This document shows, one piece after another, positions 1-9,309 of a stretch of DNA of 64,000 nt (its first letter is position 1; each line of letters opens with the position of its first letter). Both the position numbers and the translations under genes were made by a program. The stretch comes from a virus, in the IMG/VR virus record IMGVR_UViG_3300006734_000008, positions 1 through 64,000 of that record, one strand, 5' to 3'. Below the pieces are notes generated by a model that worked only from the letters and a program-made list of their open reading frames with translations, ran no database searches and had not been told where the DNA came from.

Positions 1-214
1 ATATTTATCTACATCCTTACCTTCAATATTAACTGTAGGTAGGATTCTTAATGCGAATTGTGCTAAATCTTTTGTCATATCTTATGCGTCTATATCTTTT
101 ACTTCTATTAAACTAAATCTACATTAACCCAAGTACCTGTGTACGTACTACCAGAAGTAAGAGTAGCAGTACTACTATTATCCGAATCAATTCTACTTCT
201 ATTAGGTATATATG

Positions 215-631
215 TCATACAATTATCCAGTTAGACCCAGTACTTACAATAGTAATAGCATCTGGGTTATATAATTTTAAATCAAGCTCTCCGTCAATAG
301 TTTCAGAACCATTACCATCTACAGTAATAATACCAGTGCCAGAGTTCTTAATGATAAAAGGTTGACCTGTAATCCCCACCGCAGTAGGTAGGGTTACAGT
401 AAATGTACCTGTCGTACAGTCAACTATATAGTCAGTCGTTAAGACTGTGTATGTTGTAGTTACAGCAATGTATGCATAGACAGGGGCAGACACAAAACTG
501 GTGAGATACTCATCCAGAAGTTTTGCTACCTCATAGTCAACCCTACGAAACTCATCGTATTGGTATTGACCTACACGAGACCTATTAAATAGAATCTCAT
601 TTAATCTTGTCTTGAACTCTGCTGTAGTCAT
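215..631 (-). CDS. hypothetical virion structural protein
   Basis: 138-aa ORF at distal end of minus-strand morphogenesis operon; Thr/Val/Gly-rich beta-type composition. Confidence 0.4.
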   Translation of the reverse strand: MTTAEFKTRLNEILFNRSRVGQYQYDEFRRVDYEVAKLLDEYLTSFVSAPVYAYIAVTTTYTVLTTDYIVDCTTGTFTVTLPTAVGITGQPFIIKNSGTGIITVDGNGSETIDGELDLKLYNPDAITIVSTGSNWIIV

Positions 632-634
632 TCA

Positions 635-1144
635 TTACCCTGCTTTAATGCGAAAGAGGCTAAATGAAGCATTTCCCAAAGTTGCACTAGTATCACCATC
701 ATCTCCAGTAAGAGTGATAGTAAAGGTAATTACGTCGTTTACTTCTAAATCTAGAATTATAGTACCACTTACAGGTACGACAGCACCTGCTGTTGTAGCA
801 GCAGCTCCATCACCAGTTGTAAGTACTGATGTTCCATTAACCAAAACATCCAACTGTCCAGTAGCAGCAACAGAATCAGTAATAAACTGGATGAATCCAG
901 ATACATCAACTTTATAGAATCCTGCAGCTAAAATTTTAGTAGAGCCAGCAGTAGCATCAACAGTCACTCTATCATTTTCTCCTGCTGTAAAAGCAAGCGT
1001 AGAAGCTGTTGCATCTGTTAAAGCTAGTCCTTGAACAGTAAAGACACCCGAAGCGTATGGTACACAATCAACTGCATATTCTAGATTGCGAAGTCTTTTG
1101 TCAATATTGCCCCCATTTTCAGGGACGTAGTTTAATCCTTTCAT
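635..1144 (-). CDS. hypothetical virion structural protein (Thr/Ala/Gly-rich, fibre/decoration-like)
   Basis: 169-aa ORF, repeated T/A/G/V-rich segments typical of beta-sandwich decoration or fibre proteins; operon context. Confidence 0.4.
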   Translation of the reverse strand: MKGLNYVPENGGNIDKRLRNLEYAVDCVPYASGVFTVQGLALTDATASTLAFTAGENDRVTVDATAGSTKILAAGFYKVDVSGFIQFITDSVAATGQLDVLVNGTSVLTTGDGAAATTAGAVVPVSGTIILDLEVNDVITFTITLTGDDGDTSATLGNASFSLFRIKAG

Positions 1145-1158
1145 GTGTGTTAATTTTT

Positions 1159-1192
1159 AAATAAATAAGGGGATAGGTTAGACCCATCCCCC
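1159..1192 (-). terminator. rho-independent terminator (minus strand) downstream of 1235-2572 gene
   Basis: GGGGAT...ATCCCC hairpin (1169-1191) followed on minus strand by TTATTTATTT. Confidence 0.5.
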
Positions 1193-1234
1193 TACCGTAT
1201 TACGAAAACAATTGAAGATATAAATCCTTATCTA

Positions 1235-2572
1235 TTACGCTACAGTTGTGTCCAATCCTGAGATTGCACTTGTAGACGTAGTAGGACATGCGATGATAGT
1301 TTTCCAAACACTTCGGAAGTAGTGTCCTGATGGAGCACCTTCGTGAAGGTCTTGGTGTTCAATCACATATAATTTGTGTGTTAAACTTGAATCTGTCAAT
1401 GTACTTCTTCCTGTGTCAGGACGTAACATTCCAGATAGTCTGTACCAGTGGTCTTTTCCATAGCCAGTAGCTTCTTGCTCCAGTCCAAGAACGTAAGCTC
1501 CTGTACCTTCTGCAGCAACTGCAGCTCTGTTTTCAACCTCTGTGAAGTTACAATCCCATCCGCAATCTCCGTACATATCGAAGGTTACAACGTCAACATC
1601 CAATACATTTGTAGGCATTGAACAGTACTGCGCGATTGCAGGAATGTTCGCAATTACAGATACATTAGGACATCCGTTAGTAGTTGCAGTTGGTGTAGCA
1701 GCGTCATCTTCTCCAGATGCATCTAAAGTAGCTGCAGAAACATAAGTTCCAGCAATAGCAATATCGTAGTCACCAGCACCGTTACGAGTAACAGTTACAG
1801 TACCTCCTAGATTAGCTGCATCAAGAAATGCTTGCAGCTCGTCTTCTAATTCTGTTGCATCACCAGCAGCATCACCAGTATAATCACCTGAAGTGAATAC
1901 AAAAGTTTCGCCACCAAATGTGAAGTTAGAATCAGCAGCAGAAGTTGCATAAGCACTAATGTCTACACTAGACCATGCTAAGTCATACTGAGTGTTCTTA
2001 GTTGCAGTCAAGAATGCATCCTTGTCATCATTGATTGCAGTAACAATCAGGTCAGCAAGTGCGTCGCAATCTCCACCACCACAAGTGTCACAGCTGTCAT
2101 CACAGCAATCAGTAGTTACGTTGAAAGATTTGTACAATGGGTTCCATCCCATTGCTTGTGCAATTTGAGGAGAGTTGATATTTACTTTAATACAATACTC
2201 TGTCTCACAGTCTGTTGAAGTCCAAGTGAAGGACTTTTGTTGAGTAACAGCAGTAACAGCTGCTTGCTGTGTCATCTTCAGAGGTTGTGTTGTGTCGATG
2301 ATAAGAGACTTTACAAAGCTCTCAGCCACCGCAGCAGTGTCAGTGATTTCACCATTAGCGTCAGTACCCAATGCGAAGAAATATTTTCCAGGCGTAAGGC
2401 TACTTAACCCTGTTGCTGGGTTTTGAGAAGTAAGAGTGTCTACATCATACAGTCCAATTTGACCTTGAAGTAAAACAATAGCACCAGTTGTAGGAGCGTA
2501 CAGAGGAGACCCTGCAGCTTCTACAGCAGTATTAGCTAGTCCTGATAGTACTCTAAATACTCTAGTTTCCAT
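1235..2572 (-). CDS. virion structural protein with Cys-rich segment
   Basis: 445-aa ORF in head/neck region; cluster of Cys (DCCDDSCDTCGGGDCD) suggests metal or disulfide-stabilised domain. Confidence 0.45.
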   Translation of the reverse strand: METRVFRVLSGLANTAVEAAGSPLYAPTTGAIVLLQGQIGLYDVDTLTSQNPATGLSSLTPGKYFFALGTDANGEITDTAAVAESFVKSLIIDTTQPLKMTQQAAVTAVTQQKSFTWTSTDCETEYCIKVNINSPQIAQAMGWNPLYKSFNVTTDCCDDSCDTCGGGDCDALADLIVTAINDDKDAFLTATKNTQYDLAWSSVDISAYATSAADSNFTFGGETFVFTSGDYTGDAAGDATELEDELQAFLDAANLGGTVTVTRNGAGDYDIAIAGTYVSAATLDASGEDDAATPTATTNGCPNVSVIANIPAIAQYCSMPTNVLDVDVVTFDMYGDCGWDCNFTEVENRAAVAAEGTGAYVLGLEQEATGYGKDHWYRLSGMLRPDTGRSTLTDSSLTHKLYVIEHQDLHEGAPSGHYFRSVWKTIIACPTTSTSAISGLDTTVA

Positions 2573-2591
2573 ATTAGTTTAAATTTAAAAG

Positions 2592-3341
2592 TTATTTGTT
2601 AATTTGTGTTTTAATATTTGCCATTTGTAGTCTTGGGTCACCCAAGTCAATAGTTGCTATCCTGATAGCTTCATCTACAATTTCACGGCAAAAGAAAGTA
2701 GATTGTATCTCGCAGTCTTGTTGTACTGCTGGAGTGCCATCTGGATGATTATAGCCTATGATTGTACCTGCTGAATTTTTAACCGCATTAGGGTTAGCCA
2801 TTCTAACTGGTCTTTTCAAGTAGTCTATCTTTAATTCATCAATTGTGAAAGTTCCGTCTGAGTAGACATACACCTTGTCACCTGCAAATAAGATTGGAAC
2901 TTCTCTCCACTCAAAAGAGGGTGAGTAAAACTCACTGACTAAAGCTTCACTAAGGTCATCAGTCTGTACAATTCGACAGATGAGTTCCTCTGTGTTACAT
3001 CCTGTCTTAGTAGCATTTACTACTGAGCGCATGTGGTAGAGGTACTTTAGTCTATTATCAACTGTACCTAGTGTGCTTAAGTCAAAGATATACGCGTTCC
3101 CCTGTACTGTTGGTGTCGCAAGAGGTTGTGCTGCATCTTCTTCATGCTTAACTAGAAGTGGACGTAAGTCATCAATAAGTTTTTGTGAAGCCTCGAACCC
3201 TTTTACTTTACTTTTAATCAGAAGTTCTTGAGCCTCATTAAGGTATAAATCAATTTCTTCTGGTCTAAAGTTTCTGTATTTCTCCGAGTCTACCTTATTG
3301 TACTTCCGCTTGAAGTCAATATGCATTTCCTCTATTGTCAT
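2592..3341 (-). CDS. hypothetical structural or head-completion protein
   Basis: 249-aa ORF, translationally coupled (ATGA overlap) with upstream gene. Confidence 0.4.
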   Translation of the reverse strand: MTIEEMHIDFKRKYNKVDSEKYRNFRPEEIDLYLNEAQELLIKSKVKGFEASQKLIDDLRPLLVKHEEDAAQPLATPTVQGNAYIFDLSTLGTVDNRLKYLYHMRSVVNATKTGCNTEELICRIVQTDDLSEALVSEFYSPSFEWREVPILFAGDKVYVYSDGTFTIDELKIDYLKRPVRMANPNAVKNSAGTIIGYNHPDGTPAVQQDCEIQSTFFCREIVDEAIRIATIDLGDPRLQMANIKTQINK

Positions 3342-4144
3342 TAATTACCGAGTTTAGCGTGTTCTAATCTTTCTTTATAGGTCAAATAAGCGTCCTGCTT
3401 ACTAGGTGAAAGGAAATAAGTGGTTAGAGCCTCTAAGTTTCCTTTATCTTCATCAGAGTCGAAGTAGTGGCCACCACGGATTCTCAAGATTCCGTACTGT
3501 ACCAAATCAAAGATAAATGCTCTGATGGTTAATTTCTCTTTAGAGAATTCTGATTTAGAGAGGAAGTCGTCAACATTGTCTTCTAGAATAGTTGAGAGTT
3601 CAGCTTTAACATCAACATCTGACATCTCGTTTCCACCTTTTCCAATCATCTTAAGGAATTGTCTCTTTTCAGATGGTGACATCTCAGAGAAGATTGCATA
3701 TGCTCTTTCTTTCTTCTCTGCTTTGTTAAGCTTTTTCTCTTGTTCTAGGACTTCATCTACAATGTAAAAATCAGTTTCTGGTGATACCTCAGCAAGTGAG
3801 TTAGCCACGAGAGGGTGATTTTGTAAAATGAGAATTTTTAGCCTGTCCTTTGGATGAGATTTACTGAATGTAGTAGGACCATCCTCAAGTTTAATATTGA
3901 CCTCTTCTGACCAATAATCATTAGAGAGCGTTGGGGCTAATGTACCAGGAGCTAGTCCCAGTTCTTTTTCAAACTCCTCTTGAAGTTCCTTATTCCCTTC
4001 TAAACCTGTTTGGAGACCATTCTGTCCAGAGTACGCTTGTACTGTGGTGTTCGCCTCCATTACTTTGTTCTTGTTGAACTGTGATGTGTTAACCCATGGC
4101 TTTCTTCTAACCACAGGCATAACAATGATTTGATTGTTATCCAT
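3341..4144 (-). CDS. hypothetical structural protein
   Basis: 267-aa ORF immediately downstream of capsid candidate. Confidence 0.4.
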   Translation of the reverse strand: MDNNQIIVMPVVRRKPWVNTSQFNKNKVMEANTTVQAYSGQNGLQTGLEGNKELQEEFEKELGLAPGTLAPTLSNDYWSEEVNIKLEDGPTTFSKSHPKDRLKILILQNHPLVANSLAEVSPETDFYIVDEVLEQEKKLNKAEKKERAYAIFSEMSPSEKRQFLKMIGKGGNEMSDVDVKAELSTILEDNVDDFLSKSEFSKEKLTIRAFIFDLVQYGILRIRGGHYFDSDEDKGNLEALTTYFLSPSKQDAYLTYKERLEHAKLGN

Positions 4145-4170
4145 AATATATCTTCGTTTTTGTTTTAGTT

Positions 4171-4201
4171 AAGAAAGAAAGTGGAGTGGGAGGATTCCCA
4201 C
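4171..4201 (-). terminator. rho-independent terminator (minus strand) just after capsid candidate
   Basis: GTGGGAggatTCCCAC hairpin 4186-4201 followed on minus strand by TTTCTTTCTT. Confidence 0.5.
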
Positions 4202-4220
4202 CCCAATCTCTTAATATTCA

Positions 4221-5663
4221 TTAGGCAGATACAGACAATCTCAACTGTCCACATCTAGATACGTCTACGATTTGTACACCTGCTTCTTCATACTCAATCA
4301 TAGTGTACGCGTCCTCAGAGTTACTCATCATAGCTCCATTAGAAGGACCGTAAGGTGTAGTCAGACCAGAAACATATCCTGATTTCTTAGTTCCTTGCAG
4401 AAGGAATAAGTTACCATTTCCTGTTTTATCGCTAAGGTCAAAGAAAGTGAATTTCTGAGACTCAGCTGGTTTACCTGTTACAGGGTCAATCAACCACTGC
4501 TTAGATGTGTCATCATAGCATGGGTTGTAAGCGATATCAAAGATGATTCCATTAGGACCACGATATCTTACAAACTGACGACCAAATTCTTTAGCATTCA
4601 CATTGAACTCAGAACCAGCAGCATCACCGATGATACTAGTATCCATAGTTAAGAATTTGTTGGCATCGTCAGCAAGAGCTCTGTGAAGAGCCAATGCACC
4701 GTACTCACCAGTGTAACCAATTACGTGACGGCTATTGAATCCTACACGGTTGTAGAAGATATCCATCAAGTATTCTTGGATAAGCTTAGTAGTAAGCTTG
4801 TTGTAGTAGTGAAGGTGTCCACTTTCCATCAGCTGCTCAATACCAGCACCAGTTCTCACTGGACGGCCAGTAGTGTCAGGAGTGTTGTTAGACTCTCTTC
4901 CGTACCACAGAAGCATTTCTTTTTCTCTTGCGAACTGAGCTTTGAACTCAGCATCAGCGTAGTTAATCCATTTTGAATCGTGAATCTTTCCAGTTTCATC
5001 CATCAATGCAATTTCCAATACTCCCTTCATATGAGCATCCCCAGTAATCTTATATTCTTTCTTGATTAAAGATGTTTGAGTTTGCAGAGAGAAAGGCATT
5101 GCGAAATGTACACTACCTGCGCTGTCAGAACCTTCTCCGTAAGTAGAGAATAGTTTTGCGAAGCGTTGACCAGGAGCTACATATGAACTTGGCAGATAAA
5201 GGCTTTGGTCGTCTTCAAGGAATTGTACACCATAGATGTATCCATTACCATCTTTGTAAGGTGCTACTTGAACACGAAGTAAGTACTTCTTGTTTGCAGG
5301 AGCAATTACGTCCCCTACTTTCCACCAGTTAGTATCAAACTTCAGATTGAAGATTGACTGACCTTTTCCTTTATAAACGTCAGTAGGACTCACGTCCTCA
5401 ACGATTACAAGAGGGCGGTCAGATGCACCCATAAGTTCCCACTCGATGACATCTTGTGTCATTTTCTTAACATTCTTAGGAGAAGCAGCCCCATACGCTT
5501 GCATAGGGTTATACATATTCTTCTTAGAAATGAACTGTCTTTCGAGTCTTCGGGACAATTTCTCAGTAGTAACCAACCCAGCATTAGCCAAGTGATTCAT
5601 TTCTGTATCATTAGCGTGCCATGGACGGAACCTGAATTTAGTCGTTAGATTTGCAGTTGCCAT
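4221..5663 (-). CDS. putative major capsid protein
   Basis: 480-aa ORF in canonical TerL-portal-scaffold-capsid order, followed by strong terminator; no motif-level proof. Confidence 0.45.
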   Translation of the reverse strand: MATANLTTKFRFRPWHANDTEMNHLANAGLVTTEKLSRRLERQFISKKNMYNPMQAYGAASPKNVKKMTQDVIEWELMGASDRPLVIVEDVSPTDVYKGKGQSIFNLKFDTNWWKVGDVIAPANKKYLLRVQVAPYKDGNGYIYGVQFLEDDQSLYLPSSYVAPGQRFAKLFSTYGEGSDSAGSVHFAMPFSLQTQTSLIKKEYKITGDAHMKGVLEIALMDETGKIHDSKWINYADAEFKAQFAREKEMLLWYGRESNNTPDTTGRPVRTGAGIEQLMESGHLHYYNKLTTKLIQEYLMDIFYNRVGFNSRHVIGYTGEYGALALHRALADDANKFLTMDTSIIGDAAGSEFNVNAKEFGRQFVRYRGPNGIIFDIAYNPCYDDTSKQWLIDPVTGKPAESQKFTFFDLSDKTGNGNLFLLQGTKKSGYVSGLTTPYGPSNGAMMSNSEDAYTMIEYEEAGVQIVDVSRCGQLRLSVSA

Positions 5664-5680
5664 TCTTGTTTGTTAATTTA

Positions 5681-6847
5681 TTAATTTAATGTTTCCCAAT
5701 CAAGGTCATCGAATGAATGTGAACCTCCTCTTGGTTTTTTACTCTTTCCACCAGACCCTGACAGTTTAGTACTAGTGCTGTTACTACGGTGTCTCTTACC
5801 TAAGTCAGCCAACTTTCTATTACGGTCTGTTATTGCTTTCTTTTGAATTGGGTCAGACCCATACTTCATAATTAAAGCGTCAAAAATGAGGTCTTCTGTT
5901 TTAGCTGCCTCATCTTGATTTCTTTTAATCTTATCAGCCATATATTGAGAAATCTTAACTGTCTGACCATTCTGTTCAAATGGTACTGTTTTCTTAAACA
6001 TGTAGTCAAGAATCTCTTGCTTTTGCTGTTTAGTTTTTAGAGGGAAGTTTCTTACAGCCTCTTGTTTCTGTACGAAGTCTTCAAGGTTTTGTGTGAACTG
6101 TTCCTCTTGTTTACGTCTTGCTTCGAGTGCTCTAGCCTCTTGCTCAATCAACGCTTGTTTATCAGCTTCTTTCTTTTGAGTGAAGAACTCTTGTGCATCT
6201 TTAGCATCAATTTCCAATTCTTCTAAATCCTCAGATGTTTCAATCAACTTAGTGATTTTAGCTTCAGAGAAACCCTTAGCTTTATAAAACTCAGAAAGCA
6301 CTCGCTTAGCATTCTCTTTATCAGAGATGTCGAGTGTTGAGAAATCTGATTGTGCGTTGACCGCTATATACCTGCTAGGGTCACCACCTGCCTCTAAGTA
6401 TTCAATGTACTTACGAGAATCCTCTCCAAGTGAATCTTTGTAAGCCTGAACTTCTGAATCAATCTTACTCTGCACTGCATTCCAGATATCATCTCCTGAT
6501 TCAAACTTAGTGTCTTCTGACACTGTTAAAATTCCCTTTTCTCCTAGAGTATTTCCAATGTAAGAGAAGATATCATCTTCCTCATCATCTTCTGTTTCCT
6601 CTGGCTCATCTACTACCTCTGGAGTTTCTTCTAACTCATCTTCAAATGTAGTATCTGGAGCTGGTGTTGGGTCTACCTCAGGTTCCTCTGTTGTATCTTT
6701 AGGAGCTGGAGTAGGTGTTGGAGGAGTCGTAGGTACGCCAAATCCATCTGGCATAAATGTGCTAGACTCATCGTCTAATAGCTCCCAAGGAGAGCCTGCA
6801 TCGTCCAAAACGTCACTAAAAGTAATTTTACCTTCGTTGTTTTCCAT
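5681..6847 (-). CDS. putative scaffolding protein
   Basis: 388 aa, highly acidic N-terminus (Pro/Thr/Glu/Asp-rich) and long coiled-coil-prone K/E/Q-rich C-terminus; located between portal and capsid candidates. Confidence 0.5.
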   Translation of the reverse strand: MENNEGKITFSDVLDDAGSPWELLDDESSTFMPDGFGVPTTPPTPTPAPKDTTEEPEVDPTPAPDTTFEDELEETPEVVDEPEETEDDEEDDIFSYIGNTLGEKGILTVSEDTKFESGDDIWNAVQSKIDSEVQAYKDSLGEDSRKYIEYLEAGGDPSRYIAVNAQSDFSTLDISDKENAKRVLSEFYKAKGFSEAKITKLIETSEDLEELEIDAKDAQEFFTQKKEADKQALIEQEARALEARRKQEEQFTQNLEDFVQKQEAVRNFPLKTKQQKQEILDYMFKKTVPFEQNGQTVKISQYMADKIKRNQDEAAKTEDLIFDALIMKYGSDPIQKKAITDRNRKLADLGKRHRSNSTSTKLSGSGGKSKKPRGGSHSFDDLDWETLN

Positions 6848-6909
6848 AATTATAAGTTTTATTATTTATATTTACAAATTTTTTTTGTTTAAAGTTTTTG
6901 GATGTATAG

Positions 6910-9309
6910 CTATTTCGAAGTTGGCTTAGGTTTTGACCTAGCTATCTTTTCCTTAGACTTAATCTCTTCTTCTTTAACTCTAAGTTTCTCTAACTCAATA
7001 TCCATCTTCTGTTGCATCTCTGTAGCTTTAAGGGCTAATTCTTCTCTCTTCATATTAGCTTCTTCCTCAAACTTAGCAATCTCAAGTGGGTCAGGAATAT
7101 TGTTTCCATCAGAGTCCAGGTCTTCTTGGAACTTAAATGCTCCAATCTTAGCCACTTCAACTCTAGTAGCATTATCCATATCAATCTTATACTTCTCAAG
7201 TTCAAGCTTCATCATCTCTAACTGTTGCTTGGCTTCCTCAATCATCTTAGTCTGCTCAAGTTCCTGTTGTCCTTGTTGTGCTTGAATTTGCTGCATTCTT
7301 TCTTCACCTTCCTTAAGTGTTTCAATAAGCTCTCCAGGAGATGCGTTAGCTCTAATCATAGTAGCAATGGTAGAGAGTGTTGCAGATTGTGTTTGTACTG
7401 CAGCATGAGCAATTTGCTTAAGCTCCTCATACATACGCATATCATCAGATGAGTCTGAGATAAACACTGAGAAGTGGCAGAATGGAAGTTTATCTACGTC
7501 CATCTCTACTACTTTTCTAGAAAGGTCTGAGAGTGTATAAGCCAAGTGAGTCTTTGGATACTTATGATAACAGTTCTTAGCCATATTAAGTAACAGTTCC
7601 AAAGCAGCTTTCTTACCCAACTCGTGAGTAGCAAACCAAGGTTCTGTTGCATAATTAGACTGTAGAATCTGTTGTTGTGTAGTACCTACAAGCTCTCTAC
7701 CTCCTTGTTGTCCCAATCTGGCATCATTCATACCAATCACTTTGGAACATTGTCTCTCAATATATTCTAGTAACTGTACCTTCTTATCAATAGACTGGGC
7801 TGCAGTCATATCAATATTCTTCCATGAGTTAAGGTCAGCACCTTGATTACCTTCTTCATTAGGGTTTACCCAAATGATATCATCAACCTCAAGATAGTGT
7901 TGCCACTTATCTAAGTCAATTCCCATTGATACAGGAATCTGATTAATGTTAGCAACCAATTTTCTCCCCTTATCAGAACTTAAATCCCTTTGTACCATTC
8001 TATGTACAATGTCATAGAAGTACTGGAAAGGCTTCATTAAGTCTACTGGACCAGTAATTTTAGAGTTCAGGTTATTATGTAATACACCAGTATAAGGTAG
8101 TGGACAGTAATAAGGGTCATCTGGGTCTTTAGGAGTATCTTCAAGTACTCCATCCTTAATCCAAATATCATTATCAATACGAGTTATCTCTCTAATTTCT
8201 GGCCACCATTCCCACTCAATATGAATATCACCCCTGTCTTTATTGAGAGTATATCCTTCAGGAACTTGCATAGTTTGTTCCATACCCTCTTCATCAATGA
8301 ATGTAAGGAAACCAACTTTGTACCAACTTCTCCAGACATAATGTACTACTTCTAATTTATTGTCAGATACATACTCATCGTGGTTATCATTCAAATCCCA
8401 ATCAGAGATGTCAGATTCAAACTCCCACTTATCATCTACCTGTGTTCTTGCTGCACTACCCTTACGACCTCTCTCATATAACATGTTAATCTCCTGTTTA
8501 GTCAGGTGGTCACCATATAGAGTTACTACTCTTGAAGGAGACATAAAGTCAACTGTTCTTGCCCATTCAGCATCATGAATGAAAATAAGGTCTGGGTCTA
8601 GGTCACAGTCAAACCTGAGAGGATTGATTACTCTCAAAATTGGATTCTTATTTTCAATACCTACATAATAAATCTCACGTCCTGAAATAAGACCATGCAT
8701 CCACGCAGTCCTTTCCAGTTGTTTAATATGCAGTTTGCGGTCCAGATATCCTAAGATTTCTTTTCCTAATGTTTCATATGAGTCTCTGAAATCAGTCCTC
8801 ATATACTTTTCAATTTCTTCTGGTGACATGATTTGCTGCTCAAGTTCCGCGAGCTGCTCTTCAGTCATATTTGGATTCTGCTCCATCTGTTCTTGCAGAC
8901 GAGCTTTCTTAATCTCAGAGATTACAAATTGAGATACTAATTCAGCTTTCTTCTTAGAGAACTCAGAAATGGCTTCAGCATTAACTGCAGTCACTCTATT
9001 GTTACGAGGTCTCTTTAGAAGTTCCCCTTCCAAATATTTGATGTTATTGGTTAGGATTGGGAAACTTTGCATCTCTTCTGGCAGGTGAGCCTTTGGAGCA
9101 ATACCATAAGGTTTTGTCACATATTCAAAGTCTGCCTGATTAAGGATACCATTTACTAAGTCATAGTTAACAGAATCCTTATCATACAAATAATCAAAGC
9201 TGGAGGTAGAGTCAATCTCCTGGGCTCTGGCAACGTGCCACCCTTTTGTCTTTAGTCCCTTTGAGACTCTCTCCCTGTACATCTTTGGTGTTTCTTTATT
9301 TTCTTGCAT
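6910..9309 (-). CDS. putative portal protein
   Basis: 799-aa ORF directly downstream of TerL candidate with 14-nt overlap; C-terminal charged coiled-coil tail; size and position typical of portal. Confidence 0.5.
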   Translation of the reverse strand: MQENKETPKMYRERVSKGLKTKGWHVARAQEIDSTSSFDYLYDKDSVNYDLVNGILNQADFEYVTKPYGIAPKAHLPEEMQSFPILTNNIKYLEGELLKRPRNNRVTAVNAEAISEFSKKKAELVSQFVISEIKKARLQEQMEQNPNMTEEQLAELEQQIMSPEEIEKYMRTDFRDSYETLGKEILGYLDRKLHIKQLERTAWMHGLISGREIYYVGIENKNPILRVINPLRFDCDLDPDLIFIHDAEWARTVDFMSPSRVVTLYGDHLTKQEINMLYERGRKGSAARTQVDDKWEFESDISDWDLNDNHDEYVSDNKLEVVHYVWRSWYKVGFLTFIDEEGMEQTMQVPEGYTLNKDRGDIHIEWEWWPEIREITRIDNDIWIKDGVLEDTPKDPDDPYYCPLPYTGVLHNNLNSKITGPVDLMKPFQYFYDIVHRMVQRDLSSDKGRKLVANINQIPVSMGIDLDKWQHYLEVDDIIWVNPNEEGNQGADLNSWKNIDMTAAQSIDKKVQLLEYIERQCSKVIGMNDARLGQQGGRELVGTTQQQILQSNYATEPWFATHELGKKAALELLLNMAKNCYHKYPKTHLAYTLSDLSRKVVEMDVDKLPFCHFSVFISDSSDDMRMYEELKQIAHAAVQTQSATLSTIATMIRANASPGELIETLKEGEERMQQIQAQQGQQELEQTKMIEEAKQQLEMMKLELEKYKIDMDNATRVEVAKIGAFKFQEDLDSDGNNIPDPLEIAKFEEEANMKREELALKATEMQQKMDIELEKLRVKEEEIKSKEKIARSKPKPTSK

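Noticed and set aside
612-917. Plus-strand ORFs embedded in minus-strand structural genes (also 1542-1745, 3525-3767, 4683-4976, 5454-5648, 6902-7285, 7225-7452, 8360-8578, 8735-8932, 9246-9540, 9644-9871, 11150-11512)
   Set aside because: Antisense within longer, better-supported ORFs; Ser/Leu/Cys-rich low-complexity translations typical of reverse-frame artefacts in AT-rich DNA
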